Shown here: one piece after another, positions 31,454 through 41,504 of the stretch
Layout: each line of letters opens with the position of its first letter
Numbering within the stretch: the stretch's first letter is position 1
From: a virus
Strand: one strand, 5' to 3'
Virus record (IMG/VR): IMGVR_UViG_3300033150_000870
Coordinates: 4,329 to 68,328 of that record
Length of the DNA: 64,000 nt
Program-made: the position numbers and the translations under genes
The notes under the pieces: generated by a model
Seen by the model: the letters and a program-made list of their open reading frames with translations, nothing else
Databases searched by the model: none
What the model was told of the DNA's origin: nothing

Positions 31454-33170
31454 AATGAGTGAATGGGTCAAAGTAAAGTATCCGTTTCCGATTGATAAGA
31501 CACGAGAAGATATAGTAAATTTAATCAAGGAACAGTTATTATATGGAAAAATACGAGTAATAGATGAAGAACATACATTTACATCTGGGGTTTATAGTTA
31601 TCAGCTTGATCATTTCCCTTATGAAGTGTCGAGTGATAGCATCGAGGTTTCTGGTACTCTTAATAGTAATCGTCATGTGTTTGTATTTGGAAGGGACTAT
31701 AACATTGTAGGACAAAATATTGTTTTTGATTCTAATTACGATTATCCCGATAATAATACTAAATTTTATGTGTCATATTACTATCTTGGAACAAAATCCG
31801 GGCTAACTTCAGAAGAGCCATCCAGCACTACTATGATTATGATTGAATCAGTAGCAAATGCCTTATATGATCTATACGAGGAAATTAAAAATAGCTATTA
31901 TATGACGATGATTTCGACTGCTACCGGCTCGTCATTAGATTCTCTTGCCACATTAGTAGGATGCATAAGATCACCCGGCGCAAAAGCAGTCGGCACGGAA
32001 CGATTCTATTTTTCAACCACCCCAGTCACTATCGATACGGGTACTATTGTTGCAACCCAAAGTAGTGCTACTCAAGAACAATTACTATTTGAAACCACAT
32101 CCGGCGGGACATACACTACGGGTAGCTATGTTGATATACAGATACGGGCAAAAGAATATGGAAGTAAATATAATGTCGGGTTAAATACTGTAACGGTATT
32201 GCTTTCTCCAATTACAAATGTATCATCAGTCACTAATATCACCCGACTACGAGACGGCGAGGATGAGGAGTCTGATGAGGATTTTCGGCGCCGAATACCA
32301 TTGGCAGTTGAGAGCAAGGGCAAATCGACATTAAATGCATTGAAGTATGATATAGAGCAGATTAGTGGGGTAAGGTCAGTAAAGATAATGGATAGGTATC
32401 GTGGTAATGGTACGGTTGATATTTTTATTACTCCTAAAACATTCCCAGTTTCGACCAATCTCAGCACGATAATATCAAATGCGATTGATTCGGGGAAGGC
32501 GTTAGGTATTGATGTGGGGTATGTGATTCCCTATGTAAAAAATGTGTGGATCACCGGGAGTGGTATAAGAAAATATGATAGTGATGCGGTTAATGTATTT
32601 AATACGGCTTCTGGCGAGATTTGGGATTATTTTTATAATTTAGAAGTGGGACAGAGAACTCGCAGAAACCAGTTATTTGGAAGGATGCTTGATGATAATA
32701 ATTTGATTGATATTACTAATTTTTACATTCGAGAATATGATGCTGATCTAATAGTACAGCAAGATGTGATAATGAAGATCGGATACCGCGTAAATGACAC
32801 TGGAGTACAAGCAGTTCGTGATGATATAGATATGTTTGACTGCGCCGAAATTATACAATGCACAGGAGATTACTCGACGGGCTGGTATGTGGAGCTTGGA
32901 AGAGATACCTACGATTCCGGGTTATCCATCATTGCTTTTGATGTTTATGATGTATTTGAAGTGGAACAAGATGGAACTAAATTTACTGAAGGCGTTGATT
33001 GGGAATTCACGGGACTTGACGAGGGCGATGAAACTATAAATGGAAAACATTTCAAACAATTACACTGGCTTACCGGCGCAACAAATTATCCCGTGAATGG
33101 AAGTTATTATTCCGTGAAATATGTATATGATGCAATAAAATTTGATGTAAGTTCGACGGGTGAGTATTAA
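31446..33170 (+). CDS. Baseplate J-like protein
   Basis: TATGSSLDSLA, GEDEESDEDFRRR and GTVDIF. Confidence 0.92.
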   Translation: MSEMSEWVKVKYPFPIDKTREDIVNLIKEQLLYGKIRVIDEEHTFTSGVYSYQLDHFPYEVSSDSIEVSGTLNSNRHVFVFGRDYNIVGQNIVFDSNYDYPDNNTKFYVSYYYLGTKSGLTSEEPSSTTMIMIESVANALYDLYEEIKNSYYMTMISTATGSSLDSLATLVGCIRSPGAKAVGTERFYFSTTPVTIDTGTIVATQSSATQEQLLFETTSGGTYTTGSYVDIQIRAKEYGSKYNVGLNTVTVLLSPITNVSSVTNITRLRDGEDEESDEDFRRRIPLAVESKGKSTLNALKYDIEQISGVRSVKIMDRYRGNGTVDIFITPKTFPVSTNLSTIISNAIDSGKALGIDVGYVIPYVKNVWITGSGIRKYDSDAVNVFNTASGEIWDYFYNLEVGQRTRRNQLFGRMLDDNNLIDITNFYIREYDADLIVQQDVIMKIGYRVNDTGVQAVRDDIDMFDCAEIIQCTGDYSTGWYVELGRDTYDSGLSIIAFDVYDVFEVEQDGTKFTEGVDWEFTGLDEGDETINGKHFKQLHWLTGATNYPVNGSYYSVKYVYDAIKFDVSSTGEY

Positions 33171-36100
33171 TGAATGAATCAACTGGAACTGCAATGATAT
33201 TGGATTATTTGCCGAAGTCATTTGCAAGGGATGGTGCATTATCAACTTATTTATCAGCATTTGGGGAGGAACTGACGAGAATAAATCGGGTGTTGGATGT
33301 TTATTTTTTGCGCCAGATAAGTTTGACGGGGGATATGTGGGGTGATTTTATTGATAGGATAGGAGAGGGTTATTTTAATACATATAGATACACGGATGAT
33401 GATAATTTTTATAAGAGAAGACTGAGGGCGATGTATTTAGTGGGTCATGGTGGTACGAAGAATGCGATAACGGGGATGACCTATACAGAGTATAATACGG
33501 GTAGTTTTTATGAGTTATGGCGGGATCAGATGGTATGTGGGTATGGTGGTGGTACGGGTTGTGGTGCTTTAGTGGGGTGTTATGATGAGACGGGAGAGAA
33601 TAGTGAATTTTGGTTTGTGAGGGATACGGGTGAAAGTTGGGGTACATCGGAGTATAGGGCGAGGCTGGTGTTTGAGAGGTTTAAGGCGTGTGGTGTGGAG
33701 TATGATATAAGGAATCCGGTGCCGGCTGGTAGAGAGGAATGGACAGTTGGGAGTGATGGGTGGTATGTGGATACGGGTAATGGTTATGAGGTGCCAAATG
33801 CGGGGAATACTGGGTATAGTTATGGCTATTATGTATTGCAGAATGATGGTATATACAATGCCGAGTATAATTTTGAGGGTGAAGAGGAATTTGATGGTAA
33901 TTATAGGGCGGAATATAGTTTCACGAATGATCCAAACGGCTCAATTCCGGGTGATTGGTATAAAGGTGGGGATGGTTCAGTGCAAGTTATTGCTGAGAAA
34001 GACGGGCATAAAAAAGTGGTTGAATTCTATGATAATGCTAATCGTTGGACATGGATATTTAATAATATTATAGATCAAGAGTGTGGGACAATTGAATTTT
34101 GGTATTATGAGCCGGATGATGATGGGTATTTTGAGTTTCGACTAAGAAGGGAAGGTCGGAATATTGGTTGGTTATCAAGGAGATGGAATAATTTACTATG
34201 GGCTTATAATGACGGTACAAGTGAGCATCATACAACCATATGTAGCGCAATATTTGGTGAGTGGGTGCATGTAAGAATAGATTTTGAATGTAGTACGGGG
34301 GGATATAAGGGCTTGGCAGAAGATCGAGTCGCAATATATATTAACGGCGAATTAATGGGTTCTGATTACATATTAAATGATTACGGAAATAATCCGCCAG
34401 ATGTTTGGGAGATTGGATTTACATATTTGTGTGGTACTGAAGGGTATAAGTATTTTGATGCGGTGGATTTTTCATGGGCGGATGGGTATTATGTTTGGCG
34501 CAATGCCTATAAATTTATTCCAGATGGTTTTGATAATAATGGTGGGCTATATAAGAATAGTCAGAAGCCGTTAGCAACTTTAAATTTATATAGACAATTC
34601 GAGGGGCATTCTAATGTTTTAAATTTTCATTATGAGGATGATGGTGACCCCAATGTGCCATGTATAGATATACCATTTGGTACTCATAGATCGGGGGCTA
34701 TGGAATTCTGGGTTTATGTAAAAGACACACATCGTCAATTTGAAGTGCAAATTTTATGGGGCGGAACATATATTTTTAAGATTTATTTTCATGCTACTGA
34801 GACTCAATATAAATGGGTAGATTATAATAATGTAACACACACATATAACGATGATCCAATACCCGTTAATGAGTGGCATCGGTTTATGATAAAATGGGAT
34901 CAAGACGCTCAAACTGGTGGTTTTTATAAGGATGGGGTTTTACGAAAAAGTGTAGATAGTATATTTAGTAATAATATTAATCGTGCAATGTTTAGAACTC
35001 AGATTTATAGTAATGTTTATGATGTTTTTATTGATGCAATCGACTTCTCTTGGGAAACCGGTTACACTGAAAACAGAAATAAATATCCTAAATATACCCC
35101 CTCATTCTGCACCTTCTATAATTCCATCCACTTCACGGGGTTCTCCTATGATAGCACCGGCGAGATGATGATCTATAAAACCCTACCAACCGGACTCTAC
35201 CTTGCAGATACCGGCGCAAACATTCTCCATTTCCATATAAAAGGTAATTATCCCCTCGTATTGGAAAAAGTAGCACTTTATAGTTGTGTCATTCCATATA
35301 CCATAGTCGTGACGGGAGAAAAAAATGCTAACTATGAAGAATATGAATTTGGAACGGGAGATTATCTATCACTTCCCGCCGATGATACCGGAAATTTAAT
35401 GGGAGTTTATAGTTTTACGAATGTAGGAGAGGGAATTAACCCTCCAGCTGGATGGGAAATGATTTCAGAGCCTGCTGATTCTGATTGGGAGATAATAAAT
35501 AATTTCGATAATCACTTGAAGGTTTGGAAACAAAAAAATAGCACCTCAGATTATACCTCTGCAAAGACACAATTTTCGGCGCCGAGAACAAACGGAACAA
35601 TTGAGTTTTTTGTGCAAGTATCTGACACTACAAATGCATATTGGTATTTCGATTTATTATATGATTACTCTACTAATAATATGTGTGGGGGAATAGATTT
35701 TAGGCAAGGTGATATTCATTGGAGATATAAAAAAGGTTCGACATGGTATAATATAACTCTACAGTCTTTTAATGCGAATGAATGGTATCATGTGAGAATT
35801 GATTTTGAGTGTGGTACGGGACAATATGAAGGATTAGCAGAAGACCAAGTTTATATCACGATTAATCAAACAAATGTCTATAATCAAGTGATGTATAAAG
35901 CTGGTACCACACAAGGCCCGGATTTCGTCGAGGGTGTTAGAGTTATGGAAGGATTTCTGGGTTCGTACTTTACCGGCTATGTGGATGCAATTGATTTTTC
36001 GTGGGAAGATGTAGATGGACTTGAATATTTTGATGGGCGCAACAGATACTATCGTCGATACAAATATTTGGTAAGTAAAGCACCCTATATCACAAAAAAT

Positions 36101-36319
36101 GTGAATCAACAACTTGACACGGGAGAATGGAGTTGGGTGGTGTTGGATTTTTCGGCGCCGGATGAGATTATGGAGGGTACGGTTTCGTTTGAGAATGATC
36201 ATATATCGGGTATTGGGTTTATATTAACGGGTGGGTATGGCGAGGCGATTGAGGTGGATGTTGCTAAGATGAGTTTTGAATATAAATACACAGTCACGGG
36301 AGATGATCTTATAATATGA
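33170..36319 (+). CDS. Baseplate wedge (gpI-like) fused to three LamG/ConA-like domains; receptor-binding candidate
   Basis: N-terminal ILDYLP...DRIG...DDNFYKRR...GGT; three repeats each ending DA(V/I)DFSW. Confidence 0.75.
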   Translation: MNESTGTAMILDYLPKSFARDGALSTYLSAFGEELTRINRVLDVYFLRQISLTGDMWGDFIDRIGEGYFNTYRYTDDDNFYKRRLRAMYLVGHGGTKNAITGMTYTEYNTGSFYELWRDQMVCGYGGGTGCGALVGCYDETGENSEFWFVRDTGESWGTSEYRARLVFERFKACGVEYDIRNPVPAGREEWTVGSDGWYVDTGNGYEVPNAGNTGYSYGYYVLQNDGIYNAEYNFEGEEEFDGNYRAEYSFTNDPNGSIPGDWYKGGDGSVQVIAEKDGHKKVVEFYDNANRWTWIFNNIIDQECGTIEFWYYEPDDDGYFEFRLRREGRNIGWLSRRWNNLLWAYNDGTSEHHTTICSAIFGEWVHVRIDFECSTGGYKGLAEDRVAIYINGELMGSDYILNDYGNNPPDVWEIGFTYLCGTEGYKYFDAVDFSWADGYYVWRNAYKFIPDGFDNNGGLYKNSQKPLATLNLYRQFEGHSNVLNFHYEDDGDPNVPCIDIPFGTHRSGAMEFWVYVKDTHRQFEVQILWGGTYIFKIYFHATETQYKWVDYNNVTHTYNDDPIPVNEWHRFMIKWDQDAQTGGFYKDGVLRKSVDSIFSNNINRAMFRTQIYSNVYDVFIDAIDFSWETGYTENRNKYPKYTPSFCTFYNSIHFTGFSYDSTGEMMIYKTLPTGLYLADTGANILHFHIKGNYPLVLEKVALYSCVIPYTIVVTGEKNANYEEYEFGTGDYLSLPADDTGNLMGVYSFTNVGEGINPPAGWEMISEPADSDWEIINNFDNHLKVWKQKNSTSDYTSAKTQFSAPRTNGTIEFFVQVSDTTNAYWYFDLLYDYSTNNMCGGIDFRQGDIHWRYKKGSTWYNITLQSFNANEWYHVRIDFECGTGQYEGLAEDQVYITINQTNVYNQVMYKAGTTQGPDFVEGVRVMEGFLGSYFTGYVDAIDFSWEDVDGLEYFDGRNRYYRRYKYLVSKAPYITKNVNQQLDTGEWSWVVLDFSAPDEIMEGTVSFENDHISGIGFILTGGYGEAIEVDVAKMSFEYKYTVTGDDLII

Positions 36320-36591
36320 GCTGGCGCAAAAATATTGACGATTTTTACAAGGCGATTGAAGTATCGGAGGATGTTATTAAAAAATTAGTGAAATATATAT
36401 GTGATCCGAATGATGACGATGGAGTGATGGCGGTTTGTTGTTTTTGCGCCGTAAGTAGGAGGGATGGTTGTACGGGCGAGTGTTTGGATACGAATGTGCC
36501 ATGTGGAAAGTTTAAATTAGATAGTGGTATGTACGAAAATATTAAAAAGATAAGAAATGGAAAGATAAAGGTGATGAGAAATGAGTTATAA
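36316..36591 (+). CDS. Cys-rich small protein
   Basis: CCFC...C...C...PCG; overlaps both neighbours. Confidence 0.5.
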   Translation: MSWRKNIDDFYKAIEVSEDVIKKLVKYICDPNDDDGVMAVCCFCAVSRRDGCTGECLDTNVPCGKFKLDSGMYENIKKIRNGKIKVMRNEL

Positions 36592-37636
36592 GGAATCGAA
36601 GAGTATAGTGCCGAGTGATAAGGCGAGAAGTGTCTGGCGGATATGGAGCGATGGTAGTGTATTTTCACAGCAGAATATGAACACCATAGTGAAGGATGTT
36701 GTTGTTGGCACGGGTGAAGGGTTTATTGCGGGGTTTGATAGTGGTGGGCTGAGTTTATGGGCGAGTAGTACGCCGGATAGGTATGTGCATTATAATAGTG
36801 GCGTGTATTATGTTAGGAGTATGGATACCGATCCGAAGGCGGGAGTTTATAGGATATATGTAGAGGATAGTGGTAGTTTTGGTTTGACGGAATTTCCAGC
36901 TGGGGACACGGGATGGAGCTTTATTTATTTGGATTACTTGGGTAGGATCGGGGAATATACTGGCGCAACTTGGACATACGATCAAGGGAAGTTGCTGATT
37001 GGTAAGGTGATAAGAGATGGGAATAACACGATAGAGAATAGTGATATAGTGGATATGAGAAAAATACAACCGGGAATAAATGAATTTTATAAAGATAAAG
37101 ATGGTAAATTTAATATAAATGGAGATGTTGAGTGGAGTGGTAGTGCTACTGGAAAATTACCGGATCATGATCATAGTGGAGATACGGGTGATGGTGGATT
37201 AATTAAACATAAATCTTTTACAATGGTATTTCATACTTATTTACCGGCTGGATTTGGTGATGGAAAAGTAGTAAGATTTGGTGAAGATTTAATAAATAAT
37301 AAATGGCAATATGCTTTAGGAGATGGTAATTATAGGATGTTAAGAGGGCAATTAGTTGTGTCTCAACTCACTAAAGATGGAGATTCAACACATCAAATTG
37401 AAGCATCTATACTTATAACTTCATCAGAAATTATTAAATATACTGTAAATCTTAATGCTACTTATGAATGGAATTCGTCAATAACTCCTTCTTCTGGTAG
37501 TGTTCCATCTTCTACTATAGATAAGAATATTGCTCCCATAATCAATATAAAATATAATGATACTGATGGTAGTGATTCTTTAATAAATGATTGTTGGGTG
37601 ACATTTTATGTAGTTATAGAAGCAGTAAGTGATTAA
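36581..37636 (+). CDS. Tail fibre/baseplate-associated protein
   Basis: LLIGKV..I...DIVDMR fibre-attachment-like motif and an HDH motif. Confidence 0.65.
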   Translation: MSYKESKSIVPSDKARSVWRIWSDGSVFSQQNMNTIVKDVVVGTGEGFIAGFDSGGLSLWASSTPDRYVHYNSGVYYVRSMDTDPKAGVYRIYVEDSGSFGLTEFPAGDTGWSFIYLDYLGRIGEYTGATWTYDQGKLLIGKVIRDGNNTIENSDIVDMRKIQPGINEFYKDKDGKFNINGDVEWSGSATGKLPDHDHSGDTGDGGLIKHKSFTMVFHTYLPAGFGDGKVVRFGEDLINNKWQYALGDGNYRMLRGQLVVSQLTKDGDSTHQIEASILITSSEIIKYTVNLNATYEWNSSITPSSGSVPSSTIDKNIAPIINIKYNDTDGSDSLINDCWVTFYVVIEAVSD

Positions 37637-37638
37637 AT

Positions 37639-38938
37639 ATGAAAAAAATGAATGTAATAATATCGATGATAATACTATTTTGTTGGGGATTAATAAATGA
37701 GTATCTTCATTATACTTACTGGGACTTGAGTTTTTGGATCGAAACCCATTGGAATCCACCTCCAGATTTAATTTGTAGTTTGATGTTATTTGAAATTTCG
37801 ATATACCTTATAGGAGTTATTATAATTTTAGCGGTTATATTCCTATGCTTTTCCGATGAGATTGAGGAAGGCATCAAATATCTCTATACTAAAATCACTA
37901 AAAAGGATGTGAAAAAAGAATGATTGATCTCGAAACACTCTGGTACTATCTCGAACCGTTTGCTATTATGGTCGTGTTTGGGTTCTTTGCAATGCTACTC
38001 GGCGTGATCAAGAATCTTTGGCATCTCGGAAAACTACCAGAAGACCAAAACGGATGGCACTATATCCTTCAAAAAGCCTCTAAATACTTCCAACTCGGCT
38101 TCACCCAATGCTTCGTCACATGGTGCGGGCTCGGTCTGTGGGGCGCAATAGAATTTGTGTCGGCAGAGGTTCTGGTTCCAATCGCATTTCTTTTGTGCGC
38201 CGAAATATTGCCGGCAGAGTTATGGGAGAGGTTATGGCAGTTTTTGAAGCCGTTATGGGAATATTTTAGTGAGGAGAAACGGGCAGAAAGACGCGAGAAG
38301 AAGAAAGAAAGATTGCTAAAACGATTAGAAGCACTAAAAAAGTTGAAAGAAGAAGAGCGGTTGGCAAAAGAGAAGGAAATGAATGACATCGAGAATGAAA
38401 TAAAGAAGATAAGTGAGCAGTAATGCAAGTGGATTTCCAGCTGATAAATTACATTGTGAATTGGATAAGTGTAGCTATTAGTGCGACTACTGTTATTTCA
38501 ATAGTGTGGAAGTATTATGCGGGGTTCAAACGGATATTTAGAATTATATGGAAAATCATTATCTTTTGGAATCGAGAACACCCAAACCGACCATTAAATA
38601 TTTTTGAGACTGAAGATGAGCCTCTCTACGGGAAGTTAATTGCGCAAGGAATGAGATTGATATTTCAGGCGGATTTTGGGAATAAGAAACTTATATATGA
38701 GATGAAGAAGGCGACTGATAAACTGAAATTAGAAATTGACGATACTAAGTTCTATGATAAGAGGTATGTACAGCAAGTAATAAACTATGAACGAAAGCGA
38801 ATGCTCCAAGAACTTAAGTTAAAAAAGTTGGTCAAAAAGCGTTTGAAAGAACTAAAGGAACTAAGAACTGAAGTTGCATCTCTGGATGACGAAATCCGCA
38901 AAATTGAATATAAAATTAAAAAAATCACATCGCCGTAA
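37639..38938 (+). other. Three membrane proteins with coiled-coil or charged tails (37639-37923, 37920-38423, 38423-38938); possible lysis/egress module
   Basis: Hydrophobic segments; holin-like position after the tail genes. Confidence 0.5.
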
Positions 38939-38940
38939 TA

Positions 38941-38948
38941 TTTATAAA
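38941..38948 (+). promoter_or_regulatory. Archaeal TATA box for the Y-RNA-like gene
   Basis: TTTATAAA ends 22 nt before the hairpin start at 38971; a second TTTATATT at 39050 precedes the Ro60 SD. Confidence 0.6.
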
Positions 38949-38970
38949 GGATGCTTTACTTTTTTTATTC

Positions 38971-39049
38971 GTGTTGAGGTGCGTATGGAGTTACTTCGAT
39001 CAGACTAGTTGATAGACTGACACCGAACTTCATACGGATGACCTCACAC
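38971..39049 (+). ncRNA. Putative Y RNA (Ro60-associated structured RNA)
   Basis: The ends pair: GTG/CAC, TGAGGT/ACCTCA, CGTATGGAGTT/AACTTCATACG, with inner TCAG/CTGA and CTA/TAG; directly upstream of Ro60. Confidence 0.7.
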
Positions 39050-39084
39050 TTTATATTTAATATGTCCTTAAAAGAGGTGATGCT

Positions 39085-40739
39085 TTGGTAAGAAAAACAA
39101 AAAATCTTATTAAAAAATGGGGTAATGAATACGAAAAATCTACACATTATAACTACGCGGGAGCACCATCATTTTCACAACCCCTTGAATTAATGGTTCT
39201 CCAAAACTTGATGTGTAATGTCATCGAACCAACCTACTATGTACCCCAAGCCACACTCCTAAATCAAACCCTTGACCACTACTCCAAAATCACTGCGCAA
39301 AAACCAGAAACCCGATCCCAATACATTTCCCAAATTTTCCCCTCTTAACTACTGCTTTTTTTCCCCCTACTAACGGGCTGGATTTGTTTGCGCAGATGAT
39401 TGTTTATGCACGGGAAAAGGGTTATATGCGACTACAACCAATCATTGGAACGGTATTTCTTTCCACCCTCGATGATTACAGTTTATTCAAAAGAGTATTT
39501 ATGAGAGTTATGAAGACCCCCAACGATGTTATCGACTTCATTAATATCTGTAGAAACGGGAATATACGAAAAGGATTGGGGCGCAAGATAAAAAGAGTTA
39601 TCAACGAGTGGCTTTATAAAAATATTAACGAGTATTGGGCACTTAAATACAAAAATCAACTCCGAATCATTATAAGACTATGTCATCCCAATTTCAGTAA
39701 AATCTCAATATACTCCACATTGATTACGGATTGGATTATGGACTTTCAATATCCACAAAAACTCGATTATCTTGATGTTGCAACTGATATGCTTGAATCT
39801 CACTGTCCGCAAATATCCGCATACATCGATATGATCTCAGCTACTTCGGCGCAACAAATTCTGAATGCAATCAAAGAAGGAAGACTACCATACGAAATAG
39901 TCACGGGAGCAATAAAACCTGAAGCTGACGGTTGGAAGGAGTTAATGAAGCAGATGCCATATTTTGCTCTTTTGCGCCATTTAGTTACCTTTTATCGGAA
40001 TGGATTATTTGATGATAAGGAAGTAGTAGATTACATTTATAAAAGATTAATAGACAAGAAAGCCGTAAAAACTGCAATGATATTACCATTCAGATTTCTT
40101 GAGCCGATGAAACGAATAATAGATCGAAAAATACAGAAAGGATTAGAAAAAGCATTTGATAATTCATTTGATAACTTAGAGCCAATAGAAGGAGAAATCG
40201 TGATTGCAACTGATATGAGTGGTTCAATGGATAGTCCAATCAGTAGAAAGTCAAGTATAAAATTCTGTGATATTGCGGGGATATTAACTGCGGGTATATA
40301 TTGGAAGAATAAAGATCATTGTCGGGTTTTACCATTTAACAGTCATGTATTAGAATTTAGTCCAAGATCATTCAAAAGAGCAATTGACATAGCACAATGG
40401 TTCCACTACCCGGAGAATGGCACAAATTTATCTGCGCCGATAGAGTTTATGGAGATTAACAAGATTAAGGCGGATGTATTCATAGGAATCACGGACAATG
40501 AAGAATGGATGGGTACTGGTGTGATGAATGCATTGAAAAGCTATAGGATGAACATAAACCCGAATATGCATGCTTTTTTGATCCGAATTGATCCCTATGT
40601 CGAGGATGTGGCATTAAATCTTGATGACCCGTTGAATCATATTATTAGCGGTTGGAGTGACAATATCTTAGGATTCATCAATATAATATTAAAAGGAGAA
40701 GACTTAATTTCTAAGATACAAGAATATTTCCCCCTCTAA
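39085..40739 (+). CDS. Ro60/TROVE-vWA RNA-binding protein, spliced: join(39085..39309,39384..40739), 526 aa
   Basis: NYAGAPSF, YAREKGYMR, RKGLGRKIKR, MPYFALLRHL, ILPFRF, vWA DMSGSM, GTNLSAP and ITDNE; the two ORFs join in frame as KPE|LFAQ. Confidence 0.88.
39310..39383 (+). other. 74-nt archaeal bulge-helix-bulge intron in the Ro60 mRNA
   Basis: Exon helix CTGCGCAAAAA/TGTTTGCGCAG, central helix CCAG/CTGG, bulges AAA and ATT, intron helix CCCG/CGGG; canonical cleavage restores the frame. Confidence 0.85.
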
Positions 40740-40796
40740 TTTTTTTCAAATTTACTATTTTTATCGGCATCAGAAATATTTTTTTATATCTATTTT

Positions 40797-41234
40797 TTGT
40801 ATAATATTATGGTGACAAATATGGATGAAGACATTGATTTAGAAACCCTTGAGAAAGAAGTAAGACTTTTAGAACGCCAAAAAAAAGAGCTGGAGCAGGC
40901 AGTAAAAGAAAAGTCTTCGGCGCCGATAATAGAGTTCGAGAACAAGATCATAGATCGGGGCATTTCAACATTAAAAAAGATTGCATCGGGGATGACGGTT
41001 GTTGGTATATATGCGATGATAATAGCTGGTGGTGCATTGGCAATAGATACTGCATTGGAATATTTTTTGCCACAGACCGCCGATCCGAGTTATCACTGGT
41101 GGGATGTTATAATGTCATTTCCGTTTTTTACACAGATATTTTTGTGGATGTTATTGGCGGGAGTTTCATTCGTAGTGATAGCGTTTTTGATGTGGTCTGC
41201 TAATAAAATCTATAGGAAGTTGCTGGGGAAATGA
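40797..41234 (+). CDS. Coiled-coil plus two-TM membrane protein
   Basis: Two hydrophobic segments. Confidence 0.65.
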   Translation: MYNIMVTNMDEDIDLETLEKEVRLLERQKKELEQAVKEKSSAPIIEFENKIIDRGISTLKKIASGMTVVGIYAMIIAGGALAIDTALEYFLPQTADPSYHWWDVIMSFPFFTQIFLWMLLAGVSFVVIAFLMWSANKIYRKLLGK

Positions 41235-41434
41235 GGCAAATAGATTCAAAAAAAAGATATACCTTGTATGATGATCAAAATGCATTAATAGAGTTCATCT
41301 CGATAAAATTAAATAAAAAGCCAATCGAACTAGTAAGAGAGATCGTAGATCAATATTTGAAAGCTCATTCTCGATATTTTGTCAAGGGATTTTGGAAGCG
41401 TCGAGAACAGAGAAATGCATATAATACCGCATAA
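41231..41434 (+). CDS. RHH-like regulator
   Basis: RYTL...ELVREIVDQYL. Confidence 0.5.
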   Translation: MRQIDSKKRYTLYDDQNALIEFISIKLNKKPIELVREIVDQYLKAHSRYFVKGFWKRREQRNAYNTA

Positions 41435-41504
41435 ATTTTTTTGATATTAAACTCAATTTTTTTTCATAATATAATTTAAATATGGTGATAGCTAATTTTA
41501 AAAT

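Noticed and set aside
33170-37636. Diversity-generating retroelement acting on tail genes
   Set aside because: No reverse transcriptase and no near-identical TR/VR pair; the repeats are diverged at protein level.
38971-39049. tRNA gene
   Set aside because: It folds as a long rod, with no cloverleaf or T-loop GTTC; no tRNA was recognised anywhere in the window.
39368-39374. TACTAAC (yeast branch-point consensus) inside the Ro60 intron
   Set aside because: There are no GT..AG ends, the pyrimidine tract lies upstream rather than downstream, and the BHB geometry fully explains the junction. Probably chance, though worth checking in homologous introns.
39085-40739. Ro60 as a pseudogene or simple frameshift
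   Set aside because: The break is a 74-nt insert with precise BHB pairing and exact frame restoration, and both halves are otherwise intact.
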